Program-made: the position numbers and the translations under genes
Source: Candidatus Micrarchaeota archaeon
Lineage (GTDB): Archaea > Micrarchaeota > Micrarchaeia > Micrarchaeales > CABMGC01
Length of the DNA: 64,000 nucleotides
Reading direction: 5' to 3'
Assembly (NCBI GenBank): GCA_028867115.1
Contig: JAGWGY010000001.1
Span: 8,380 to 72,379 of the forward strand
In this document: positions 8,899 through 17,519 of the stretch, piece by piece
How the letters are laid out: every line of letters starts with the position of its first letter
How positions within the stretch are numbered: position 1 is the stretch's first letter
Notes under the pieces: generated by a model
Told to the model about the DNA's origin: nothing
Databases searched by the model: none
What the model saw: only the letters and a program-made list of their open reading frames with translations

Positions 8899-8908
8899 TC
8901 GGGATATT

Positions 8909-8992
8909 ATGCGACGGATAACAAAGAAGACAAGGCACAAGATGAAGATGAGGCGACTCAGGAAGATGCACGGCAGCGTGAGTGGCAGATAG
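8909..8992 (+). CDS. eL41-like very basic 27-aa ORF (tentative)
   Basis: Hand-translated MRRITKKTRHKMKMRRLRKMHGSVSGR, 10 nt after the S5 stop; KMKMRRLRKM resembles the [14 protein letters not shown] core of eukaryotic eL41. Confidence 0.4.
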   Translation: MRRITKKTRHKMKMRRLRKMHGSVSGR

Positions 8993-9219
8993 ACGGGAAC
9001 ATACTTTTTCTTCAAACTGCCGCGGCCATTAAAGCCAGGGGATTTCTTAGGCTGCAGCATGTATAATCGGCTAATGGCACTGTATTTGCCAGGGCGCCAA
9101 GCTTGGATACGCTTGGGGGAACTGCCCCGCTTGGCCTATTTTTCTTTGCCATAAAATCCCGATGATACGGCGCGGAGAGGGCATTTATGATTTAAGGGGA
9201 ACAAAGAGTTCTGACGTTT

Positions 9220-9915
9220 CTATCTTGACCTGACTACGCTTCCGCGGAAGTTACTTCCCTTTATCGTGAGTATGAGGTTCTTCTCATCAAGGTTCGAGAA
9301 GCGCACCTCTATGTTCTCCCTCTTTGCAATCTTCGAGGCCTCGAGATCAAAGATGAAGTGCGTGCCGGGCTTTCGGTTGTCGAATCTGCGCGCTATGCGC
9401 AGCATGGTCTGATGGTCGAGGGAATGGATTGCACGCGCCCCCTTTGCCGTCGGTTTCTTGTTGTACACATACATCACCGCGCTAACATTTACGAGCAGCT
9501 TCGAACGTAGCTTCTTGCACGCAAGCGCTGCGACTGCGTCCGTTGATATCCCGGGACGCAGCCCTCCCATGACCGCGACCCTGTGCCCGCGAAGGGCGCC
9601 TGGGAGCTCTTCTAGAGTCTGGAGCACTTTAGGGAAGGTGCTTATTTTCTTGGATAGGTACTTCATTACTATGAGCGCATTCACCCTTGTTACCGCAATG
9701 CCGACCTCGTCCAGGTCCCGATCATTCCCAAGGAGTTTCGTTGAGGAGCTTATGTACTGCCTGCTCGCCGCCCCTCCTCCCACAACCACGACGAACTTGT
9801 CGGATTTTTCAGACCGTGATAGCGCGGAGGCGAAATGCTCCAGATTATCAGGGATTATTCCGCGCTTGCCCAGGATGCTACTTCCACCCAATGAGATGCA
9901 TATTGTGTTCGTCAT
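9220..9915 (-). CDS. pyrH: uridylate (UMP) kinase, archaeal type
   Basis: Amino-acid-kinase fold pattern ICISLGGSS...FVVVVGGGAASRQY...AVMGGLRPGISTDAVAA; start set at internal Met (MTNTICISLGG); longer ORF to 10020 overlaps the divergent gene. Confidence 0.75.
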   Translation of the reverse strand: MTNTICISLGGSSILGKRGIIPDNLEHFASALSRSEKSDKFVVVVGGGAASRQYISSSTKLLGNDRDLDEVGIAVTRVNALIVMKYLSKKISTFPKVLQTLEELPGALRGHRVAVMGGLRPGISTDAVAALACKKLRSKLLVNVSAVMYVYNKKPTAKGARAIHSLDHQTMLRIARRFDNRKPGTHFIFDLEASKIAKRENIEVRFSNLDEKNLILTIKGSNFRGSVVRSR

Positions 9916-9985
9916 AAGAATCCAGCTTGTGGGCATATTATTCTGCAGAATACCCATTTTTAAATTGTCGCATTGATATATATCC

Positions 9986-10882
9986 ATGACATCAGTAACC
10001 CTCACGCGCGTGGACCCCATCTCGTATGGGAAGATTCAGGCAGTCTTCGCTGCAATAGTGGGATTTGCCTATGGCATATTCGCCGCTTTCATCCTCGGTA
10101 CATTGGGGATCTTAGGCGGAAGCACGATGGTTATAAGCGGAGGGCTTGCCATCGCAATGCCTTTCTTTGGGATTATAGGCGGTGTGATACTGGGATTCAT
10201 TTTTGCAGCGATATCTGCAATAGTATACAATCGCGTGGCTGGGGCCATAGGCGGCGTTACAATTGACCTTGGTTCAAAGCCGACCGTCATCAACAGCATA
10301 AACAAGATGTCGCTTGCAAAGATTGCGGCGGTAGTCGCACTAATAGTATTCATAGTTATTGCAATAATCATGGTTGCCGCATTTCCGGTCATAATCGGCA
10401 TGATTGGGGGCGGGATTGCAGCATCGTCTGTTACGGGTCAGGCGGCAACAACCGGAATAAGCAGTACCCTGACATCCGAACTGCAGGGAGTTTCAGGGAC
10501 AGTCGAGGTGCTGCTCCTCATAATCATCCCGATCGTGGGAGTTATCGGGGGCTTCATATACGGCTTCCTTTACGCGCTGATATATGACTTCCTTGCAGGC
10601 GAGATTGGCGGGATAAAGTTCACCCTCTCTGCGAAGCCTTCTACAATCACCGCAGTGGACCCGATGTCTTATGCAAAGATGTCCGCTTCGATTGCGGCGG
10701 TAATCGCTTTGATTACAAGCCTGATTGACTTTGTGATACACCACACCATAATAAGCGCATTGAGCGTTATTGGGATACCCATATTCGACTTTGTGATAGG
10801 ATTCGTGGTGACCTTCATCTTTGCGTGGATCTACAACGCAATTGCGCCAAGGATAGGCGGAATACAGATTGTGCTGAAATAA
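9986..10882 (+). CDS. polytopic membrane protein built from three tandem repeats
   Basis: 298 aa; module [VDP-x-SY-x-K ... G-rich TM ... IYN/IYD-x-x-A-x-x-IGG-[VI]-x-[IF]-x-L] occurs three times. Confidence 0.6.
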   Translation: MTSVTLTRVDPISYGKIQAVFAAIVGFAYGIFAAFILGTLGILGGSTMVISGGLAIAMPFFGIIGGVILGFIFAAISAIVYNRVAGAIGGVTIDLGSKPTVINSINKMSLAKIAAVVALIVFIVIAIIMVAAFPVIIGMIGGGIAASSVTGQAATTGISSTLTSELQGVSGTVEVLLLIIIPIVGVIGGFIYGFLYALIYDFLAGEIGGIKFTLSAKPSTITAVDPMSYAKMSASIAAVIALITSLIDFVIHHTIISALSVIGIPIFDFVIGFVVTFIFAWIYNAIAPRIGGIQIVLK

Positions 10883-10958
10883 CACAATCTTTAGATTAGC
10901 TAACTGACGAATTGCCGCATAGATTAAAATAGCGGGTAAGGACATCCTTATCGATTCG

Positions 10959-11519
10959 ATGCCTGAAAACAAGGTTAAAAGACTGAGCGAGAAAGTGCTG
11001 TACTCAAATGAGAAGGGCAGCATGAAGCTGATAGAGACCATCGATATTGTTGGCGGAAAGGAGATAAAGAAAAGATTCGTGCGTGAGGGTGACAGCGTGA
11101 CAATCATCCCGCTGCTTGGCGACAATAGGATAGTAATGTTGAGAAATTACAGGGCAGCAGGGCTTAGGAAGGGAAGCGAGGAGGACGCATTCTCCTACGA
11201 ACTCCCAAGCGGCCACATAAACGATGGCGAGGACCCCATGGCTGCGGTAAGGAGGGAGCTGAAGGAGGAGACGGGCTTTTCCGTTAGTGATGTAGAGCCG
11301 CTTATGTCGCACTACATAGGCCTGTATATAACCGCACTAAAGGACCATGTCTTTGTTGCCAGGGGGCTTGAGGAGGGGAGAACAAGGCTTGAGGATGATG
11401 AGTCAATAACCTGGGAGGCCGTAAAAGTGAGCGAGCTTCGAGAGTTACTGCGGAACGGCACAATAAAGGACGCGAGTTCGCGTGATGCCCTCTTCCACTG
11501 GCTGGCGTTTGGAAAGTGA
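10959..11519 (+). CDS. NUDIX hydrolase (ADP-ribose pyrophosphatase-like)
   Basis: 186 aa; Nudix box GHINDGEDPMAAVRRELKEETGF. Confidence 0.8.
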   Translation: MPENKVKRLSEKVLYSNEKGSMKLIETIDIVGGKEIKKRFVREGDSVTIIPLLGDNRIVMLRNYRAAGLRKGSEEDAFSYELPSGHINDGEDPMAAVRRELKEETGFSVSDVEPLMSHYIGLYITALKDHVFVARGLEEGRTRLEDDESITWEAVKVSELRELLRNGTIKDASSRDALFHWLAFGK

Positions 11520-11520
11520 A

Positions 11521-11531
11521 GGTTTATAAAT
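11521..11531 (+). promoter_or_regulatory. BRE/TATA-like promoter of 5S rRNA
   Basis: GGTTTATAAAT about 25 nt upstream of the inferred 5S 5' end. Confidence 0.5.
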
Positions 11532-11550
11532 TTTAAATCCTATGTAAATA

Positions 11551-11669
11551 GCGTCATACGGCCATAGGAACAGGGAAACGCCCGAACCCTTACCGAACTC
11601 GGAAGCTAAGCCTGTTCACGACATGAAATACTGCCCCTTTGGGCGGGAACGCGTGTTGCCGTCTGGCAC
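11551..11669 (+). rRNA. 5S ribosomal RNA (stand-alone)
   Basis: CGGCCATAGGAACAGGGAAACGCCCGAACCCTTACCGAACTCGGAAGCTAAGCC matches the conserved 5S loop A/helix II-III/loop C region; termini GCGTCATACGGC / GCCGTCTGGCAC pair as helix I; ends +/- a few nt. Confidence 0.85.
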
Positions 11670-11672
11670 TTT

Positions 11673-12695
11673 CTATTTCTTTCTGACATAGAGCTCTTCG
11701 ATAGCCGAGAGCATTATCTTCGTATACTCGTTGTCCGGCAGCATGCCTCTATAATGCTCTATCGTTTCAGTGGCCTTCCTGCCATAGTGCTTTGCCTTCT
11801 CCTCTGCGTACTCGAGGCCCCCGTACTTTGCTATCATGCTTCTGAGGAAATCGATCTCCTCTCTTGTCTTGCTCTCCCTTGCCTTGCGGTATATCGCGTC
11901 AATCCTGTCGCGCTCCTCCGGGGTTGCCTTCTCGTACGTATGCAGTATCATCAGGGTCAGTTTACCCTCGTAGAGGTCCCCGAAGTTCCTCTTGCCGAAC
12001 ACCTTCTCGTCCGCAGTCATGTCGAGTATGTCGTCGACAATCTGGAACGCGATTCCGGCGTTTGTCCCTATCTCCCTTAGCATCTCAAGAACGTTGTCCG
12101 GCTGGTCCGCGGCTATCGCTCCGAGCTGCATTGGGCCGTACACCGTGTAGAAGCAGGTCTTGCTGTCAAGGATCCTATAGTATAGATTCTCAGACGCCTT
12201 ACGGAGATCCTTTGTGTTGTGTATGAACATGTTCTCCACGTACTGGCCCTCTACAGTATACGCAATCATCTCGTAGAACTTCTCATAGAGGCGGTTGCCC
12301 TTCTTTTCTCCTACCTGCAGTAGGTAGTCCTTGAGCATCTTCCACATCGACATCTGGCCACTGTTTGTGGCATTCATCGCATGCACCCAGCCGTGCAGCC
12401 TCTGCGCCGCGGGCTTGCCTCTCCTCAGCTCCGAATCATCCTCAACGTCATCCTGCATCAGTATCCAGTCCTCCGAGAGCTGCTCTGCCGCTGCAGGCAG
12501 TACCAGGTCTGAGAGCTTTGCGCCGAACATCTGCCCGGTGAGCATAACCAGCCCTGGCCTTCTGTAGCTTCCCTGCCTGTCGATATAGTCCCTCATTATC
12601 CCGTAGTGCCCAGTGGGCTCCTTCACTTTGACGTACTCGCATATTTTTGAGTATACTTCGGCCCTATGAAGCTCTATGTATTCCTTGAAATTCAT
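11673..12695 (-). CDS. trans-polyprenyl diphosphate synthase (GGPP-synthase-like) 1
   Basis: Start at internal ATG (MNFKEYIEL); FARM MQDDVEDDSELRRGKP and SARM FQIVDDILD; longer ORF to 12803 overlaps the upstream paralog. Confidence 0.8.
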   Translation of the reverse strand: MNFKEYIELHRAEVYSKICEYVKVKEPTGHYGIMRDYIDRQGSYRRPGLVMLTGQMFGAKLSDLVLPAAAEQLSEDWILMQDDVEDDSELRRGKPAAQRLHGWVHAMNATNSGQMSMWKMLKDYLLQVGEKKGNRLYEKFYEMIAYTVEGQYVENMFIHNTKDLRKASENLYYRILDSKTCFYTVYGPMQLGAIAADQPDNVLEMLREIGTNAGIAFQIVDDILDMTADEKVFGKRNFGDLYEGKLTLMILHTYEKATPEERDRIDAIYRKARESKTREEIDFLRSMIAKYGGLEYAEEKAKHYGRKATETIEHYRGMLPDNEYTKIMLSAIEELYVRKK

Positions 12696-12714
12696 CAAAT
12701 CAACTTTTGAACGC

Positions 12715-13854
12715 CTAGCTCGTCCTTGTAACCGCAAATGTTGCAAGCTGCTTGAGGAACGTCTTCGCCTCCGAGTCGGGCAGGAACTTCTCAACGATGT
12801 CAATCGCTACGGAGCTTTTCGCCGCGGCTTCCTTCTCCGCCTTCTCCTTCCCGCCATACTTGTCGACTATCCCAATCGCCTCAGCTATCAGTTTTTCATC
12901 CTCTGTCTTCATCCCTAGAATGGAAAAGAACCTCTTCTTGTCCTGCTCGCCTGCCTCTCGCATCGCCTTTATCATTGGAAGGGTATACTTGCCATCGGTA
13001 ATGTCCTCGCCCACCTTCCCCTTGTTGCTCGCAACCTCGCTTGCGCTGATGTTTAGCACATCGTCGTGTATCTGAAATGCGAGGCCCAGGTTGATCCCGA
13101 ACTCCTCAAGCGCCTTGAGCGTCTTCTTGTCGACTCCGGCGACTATGCCGCCGACCTTTGCCGCAAACCCCATCAGCACGCCGCTCTTGTTTGCGATTAT
13201 CTCCATGTAGTTGCCCTCGGTCCTCTTCATTTTGTAACTTATGTCTCCGCCCCCCATCTCAAGGTCCAGTGACTGGCCTAGGGCGAGCTTGAGCATGTCT
13301 ATCACGTACTCCCTTCGTATCGCGTCCTTCTGCTTCTCGTTTATCTTCTCGCTCCCCTCCAGCGGGACGATCGGGAGATAATAGGCTGCAACACTCGAAT
13401 TAAACGATCTCGCCTCCCCGAACTTGACGTGCACGGCTGGCTTGCCCCTTCGCGTCAGGGAGGAGTCCTCTATGTCGTCTTGTATTAGCGACGCGTTGTG
13501 TATCGCCTCCGGGATTGCGGAGAACTCGACGTAGTTGTCGGAATTTTTTGTAAAGGCGTCCATGACAAGTAGAGTCAGCGCGCCCCTCATCCTCTTCCCG
13601 CCCAGCCCGTAGAGGTAGAGTAGAGGCTCTTTTATCCCCTTCCGCAGCGCCTCGCGGTCGTGCTTGAACCCCTCCCTCTCGAGCAGCTTGTCAAGGAGGT
13701 CGGACTTGAGGATCTTCTCAAGGTACTCGTTTATCAGGGGGATTTTCTGCTCCAGGTACGCAAAGATGTCTCTATCGCTCTTCTTTTCAGGTGGCTTTGT
13801 CCCCATCATTACCGCGCCCAACTCGATGTGTGTATTACTCATTGGTGAGTGCAT
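12715..13854 (-). CDS. trans-polyprenyl diphosphate synthase 2 (DDxxN second motif)
   Basis: 379 aa; FARM IQDDIEDSSLTRRGKP; second motif FQIHDDVLN; GKYTLP; start uncertain among several N-terminal Met. Confidence 0.75.
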   Translation of the reverse strand: MHSPMSNTHIELGAVMMGTKPPEKKSDRDIFAYLEQKIPLINEYLEKILKSDLLDKLLEREGFKHDREALRKGIKEPLLYLYGLGGKRMRGALTLLVMDAFTKNSDNYVEFSAIPEAIHNASLIQDDIEDSSLTRRGKPAVHVKFGEARSFNSSVAAYYLPIVPLEGSEKINEKQKDAIRREYVIDMLKLALGQSLDLEMGGGDISYKMKRTEGNYMEIIANKSGVLMGFAAKVGGIVAGVDKKTLKALEEFGINLGLAFQIHDDVLNISASEVASNKGKVGEDITDGKYTLPMIKAMREAGEQDKKRFFSILGMKTEDEKLIAEAIGIVDKYGGKEKAEKEAAAKSSVAIDIVEKFLPDSEAKTFLKQLATFAVTRTS

Positions 13855-13938
13855 ATAAAGGTATCAGTGGGGTTTGTCTAAATCGCCAGCTGACGCTACC
13901 CACCAGATGGTTTAAGTTGGTTGAGATTCAGTGCGGGA

Positions 13939-14406
13939 TCAGAGTTTGACTTCGCCGCTGTCGATCTTCTTTATCATCTCGACGGCGCTTACCCCTTCGC
14001 AGGTGATGTTCATGCTCTTGCACGTGCCAAGGACCTGCTTGACCCTATCCGCAACAGAGTTGCCGTAGAGCGATGCCTCCTTCTGCTTTGCAATCTTCTT
14101 TACCTGCTCAATCGTGATGTTGCCTGCGACCTCGTCCTTTGTCTTTGCGCCCTTTGCAATTCCGAGCTCCTTGAGTATCAGCGCGCTGGTGGACGGGGAG
14201 CCGACTTCCACAGTGAATGACTTTGTGAGGGGGTCAACGGACACCTTCACCGCGATCTTCATGCCCTCGAACGCCTTCGTCTTCGCATTGATCTCGTTTA
14301 TTATGCTCGTAACGTTCACTCCCAATGGACCAAGCGCTGGCCCGAAAGGAGGGCCGCCGGTAGCCTTGCCCCCTTCAATTAGTCCGTTTATAACAATCTC
14401 TGCCAT
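13939..14406 (-). CDS. rpl11: 50S ribosomal protein uL11
   Basis: GGKATGGPPFGPALGPLGVN...; start at MAEIV. Confidence 0.9.
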   Translation of the reverse strand: MAEIVINGLIEGGKATGGPPFGPALGPLGVNVTSIINEINAKTKAFEGMKIAVKVSVDPLTKSFTVEVGSPSTSALILKELGIAKGAKTKDEVAGNITIEQVKKIAKQKEASLYGNSVADRVKQVLGTCKSMNITCEGVSAVEMIKKIDSGEVKL

Positions 14407-14407
14407 C

Positions 14408-14857
14408 TCATGCACCTGCTTCTGCCTTCTGGATTATCCTTGCTATGTTCGACTTGGTGGTTACCGGTATAGGAACAGCCACGTCCATTAGCTCTACAGT
14501 GATTTCATCCTTTGTCGAATCAACCTTAATTACCTTTGCCTTATATCCCTTGAACGGGCCTGATAGGAACTCCACTATGTCGTTTATCCCTATCTCCTGC
14601 ACCGTCCTCTTCACATCGAGCATCTTGTCAAGCTCCTCCTGGCTGAGCGGCTTCGGGAGCATTCCCTTGACGTGGGGCTCGTTCATTATCAGCTCGCGCA
14701 CTGCGACCTCGTTGTCCGCCTCTATTATCAGGTAGCCGCGCATCCCCTCGACCAGCACCACTGAGTGCACAGGTATGCTGGACTTTGAGATCTTGTACTC
14801 AAGTATGTCAGCCGTTATCTTCTCCTGGCTCGATGTTACTCTTACAACGAAATACAA
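14408..14857 (-). CDS. spt5: transcription elongation factor Spt5 (NusG homolog)
   Basis: 149 aa, TTG start; NGN domain (FVVRVTSSQEK...GYLIIEA) plus KOW (GPFKGYKAKVIKVD); directly upstream of L11. Confidence 0.85.
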   Translation of the reverse strand: MYFVVRVTSSQEKITADILEYKISKSSIPVHSVVLVEGMRGYLIIEADNEVAVRELIMNEPHVKGMLPKPLSQEELDKMLDVKRTVQEIGINDIVEFLSGPFKGYKAKVIKVDSTKDEITVELMDVAVPIPVTTKSNIARIIQKAEAGA

Positions 14858-14904
14858 ACAACCACTTCCTTAATCTTTTATACTTTGAATGAACAGCTTT
14901 CCTT

Positions 14905-15942
14905 GTGCTTGCCCTTAAAGTGAACAAGAAACAAGCCGAGAAGGCGCGCCACTACTTGGAGGTGCACGCTCAGCTATCCACTAAACACAAGATATATGGT
15001 GACAATTCATTTATATACCTACCTATAGGGCCCTCGGCTGATGACAAAACCGCCAGAGCCGCTGCGAAAAAGCTTGGGGCAAGCCTTGTCGAAAAGGGGT
15101 TTGAAAAGCTGCGGGAGAGGAGCGCATACAGGCAGATCCTTGCAAAGGAGCTTGGCGAGAAGTACGCGGAGGTCACCAAGAGCTATGATCTCATCGGCAA
15201 TATCGCCCTGATAGACGCAGAGGGCAGCGCTGCAAAGAAGATTGCAAGCGCGATCATGCAAACAAACAGGAACATACAGACCGTGATCAGCAAGGGTGGC
15301 GCGGTCAAGGGAAGGTACAGGACAAGGAGCTATAGGCACGTTGCCGGAAAGAGGAATTTCGTTGCAACTTACAAGGAGAACGGAGCCGTGCTAAAGTTTG
15401 ACATACGCAAAACATTCTTCTCATCAAGGCTTGCGTACGACAGGCTGAGGATAGCAAAGCTCGTCAAGGACAATGAGAACGTCCTGGTGATGTTTGCGGG
15501 GATGGGTCCATTTGCAATCGAGATAGGGATCATGCACAAGGGTGCGAATGTTGTGGGTATTGAACTCAACAGAAGCGCGTACGGGTACATGAGGCAGAAC
15601 ATAATCCTGAACCGCCTAAAGAACGTTACGGCGGAAGTTGGCGACGTCAAAAAGGCAGTTGCGAAGTACAGGGGGTTTGCGGACAGGATAGTCATGCCGC
15701 TTCCGAAAGACGCATATGATTTCCTTGGTTCGGCGCTCACCGCGGCAAAAAGGAGGTGCATAATACACTACTATGGGTTCGGTGGGAAGGACAGCGCATA
15801 TTCAGAGCACGAACAGAAGGTAAGGAGGTTCTTCGAATCGAAGGGGGTGAAGGTGAAGGTAATTGGGAGGAGGGAGGTGAGGAAGTATTCCCCCGCAGAA
15901 ATCGAGGTAGTGATAGACTTCCAAATATCAAAGCCGCGCTGA
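14905..15942 (+). CDS. trm5: tRNA (guanine37-N1)-methyltransferase Trm5/Taw22-like
   Basis: 345 aa, GTG start; class I SAM fold VLVMFAGMGPFAIEIG, IELNRSAY, DRIVMPLP. Confidence 0.7.
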   Translation: MLALKVNKKQAEKARHYLEVHAQLSTKHKIYGDNSFIYLPIGPSADDKTARAAAKKLGASLVEKGFEKLRERSAYRQILAKELGEKYAEVTKSYDLIGNIALIDAEGSAAKKIASAIMQTNRNIQTVISKGGAVKGRYRTRSYRHVAGKRNFVATYKENGAVLKFDIRKTFFSSRLAYDRLRIAKLVKDNENVLVMFAGMGPFAIEIGIMHKGANVVGIELNRSAYGYMRQNIILNRLKNVTAEVGDVKKAVAKYRGFADRIVMPLPKDAYDFLGSALTAAKRRCIIHYYGFGGKDSAYSEHEQKVRRFFESKGVKVKVIGRREVRKYSPAEIEVVIDFQISKPR

Positions 15943-15990
15943 AACGGAGACTGCGGGATAGTATATTAAGCCCGAAAAAAGATTTGGCAT

Positions 15991-16581
15991 ATGGGCTCTT
16001 TCACCATCAGTATAAGGGACTACAGGCCGCTTGAGGATGCGCTTCGAAGCGGGAAGATTATGAAGCTCGATGCACAGTGCACCCACAACAGCAACGTGAT
16101 AAGGGAGATACTAAGATATGCCCCAAGAGTGCTGCCGCAATTCGGCTCCCTCTCCGATGGCGAAGTCCGCCAGATCGCCGACAGTGTGGCATACCTGATG
16201 AGAACCGACATAATTAAGGCTGGGGCATTCGCATTCGGCCCGATGCCATTCCAAGGCAATCCAAAAAGGAGCAAGGTGTCAGGAACGGTGCATATCAGGG
16301 CGGAGGTAGAGGCGCTCTCGCCGGATTTTGAGATTCCTTACGAGAACAACCCCCGTGCGAACATGGCAGGGGAGCTTTTCCGGTGCTATGTTGCAACGCA
16401 GACCTGGATGAGCCTAACAGAGCGCCTGGATCCAAAGCACCGTTCGCTTGCACCCAGCTTCAAGCTCGCAGACCTCACCGCGCACCTGATAGAAACGGAT
16501 GACCTTGTTGACTATGTTTACACGGCCGAGGAGATAGCGCAATATAGGAAGGCCCTGTCAGGAGAGCTGCGCGATGTGTAG
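15991..16581 (+). CDS. hypothetical protein
   Basis: 196-aa ORF with host-like composition; no motif recognised. Confidence 0.4.
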   Translation: MGSFTISIRDYRPLEDALRSGKIMKLDAQCTHNSNVIREILRYAPRVLPQFGSLSDGEVRQIADSVAYLMRTDIIKAGAFAFGPMPFQGNPKRSKVSGTVHIRAEVEALSPDFEIPYENNPRANMAGELFRCYVATQTWMSLTERLDPKHRSLAPSFKLADLTAHLIETDDLVDYVYTAEEIAQYRKALSGELRDV

Positions 16582-16654
16582 CCCTCCGGTTTAGCAACCA
16601 ATAAAAACCTTTACTAACTAATATAGATTATAAAGTTCATTTCTTCGTGTTTTG

Positions 16655-17086
16655 ATGGCAAAGAAGAACCTTGAGAATAAACTACTTGCAGTGGTGCGGG
16701 TCAGAGGCCGCGCTAGAGTGAGGCAGAGCATCACGGAGACGCTCAACAGGCTAAACCTAAAGCGGGTCAACAACCTGGTGCTACTCTACGGAAGCAAATC
16801 AAACATAGGCATGCTCAACAAGTGCGTCGACTTTGTCACGTTCGGCGAAATAGACACCACAACTCTCGAGAAGCTTCTCAAAGAGAAGGGAGTCGAGGCG
16901 AAAAAGGAGCTTGTAGACGAACTTGAGAATGGAAAGAAGAACATGAAGGAGGTAAAGGTCCAGCTCCCCATGAGGATGCACCCGCCTAAGCACGGATACG
17001 AGGGGATAAAGGTGTCGTATAACGCCGGCGGCGCGCTAGGATACAGGGGCGCAGAGATAAACGACCTCATAAAGAGAATGATGTGA
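16655..17086 (+). CDS. rpl30: 50S ribosomal protein uL30
   Basis: LLAVVRVRGRARVRQSITETLNRLNLKRVNN...; ATG 16655 (TTG 16652 alternative); own A/T-rich upstream region. Confidence 0.88.
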   Translation: MAKKNLENKLLAVVRVRGRARVRQSITETLNRLNLKRVNNLVLLYGSKSNIGMLNKCVDFVTFGEIDTTTLEKLLKEKGVEAKKELVDELENGKKNMKEVKVQLPMRMHPPKHGYEGIKVSYNAGGALGYRGAEINDLIKRMM

Positions 17087-17090
17087 TCAA

Positions 17091-17492
17091 TTGGTAGTCA
17101 GAATAAAGCAAAGGAACAGAAAGTACCTAGGCACTAGGAGATGGGGCATGGGCAACATCAAGAACGCCAGGGGCGCGGGAGACCGCGGAGGCGTCGGGTT
17201 TGCAGGCCGAAAGCACAAGTGGACAAGGATAGTCAAGTACGCACCGGAGACGATCAGGAAGAAGGGATTCGTGAACAAGAACGGTGCATCAATTCTAAAG
17301 GAGACGGACCTCGGCAGGATCGCAGACATTGCGGCTGCATCAAAGGAGGGCAAGCCGACAGTTGAGCTCAAGGGATACAAGGTCCTTGGGGACGGGATGA
17401 TACAGAAGGCGATTGTCGTGAAGGCGAGCGGATTCTCAAAGAGCGCTGAGGAGAAGATAAAGAAGGCTGGAGGCGAAGCTATAAGAGTCTGA
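17091..17492 (+). CDS. rpl15: 50S ribosomal protein uL15
   Basis: 133 aa, TTG start; RGAGDRGGVGFAGRKHKW...YKVLGDG. Confidence 0.88.
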   Translation: MVVRIKQRNRKYLGTRRWGMGNIKNARGAGDRGGVGFAGRKHKWTRIVKYAPETIRKKGFVNKNGASILKETDLGRIADIAAASKEGKPTVELKGYKVLGDGMIQKAIVVKASGFSKSAEEKIKKAGGEAIRV

Positions 17493-17519
17493 TTGCTCAC
17501 CTTCAAAATCAGGTAATAC

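Noticed and set aside
9150-9215. Possible C/D box sRNA (GATGATA ... TATGATT ... CTGA) in the gap after the ribosomal cluster
   Set aside because: The box sequences deviate from RUGAUGA/CUGA, the spacing is wrong (about 17 nt before the D box), and there is no terminal stem.
12696-12803. Arg/Ser-rich N-terminal extension of polyprenyl synthase 1
   Set aside because: It overlaps the 3' end of the upstream paralog. The conserved family sequence starts at MNFKEY.
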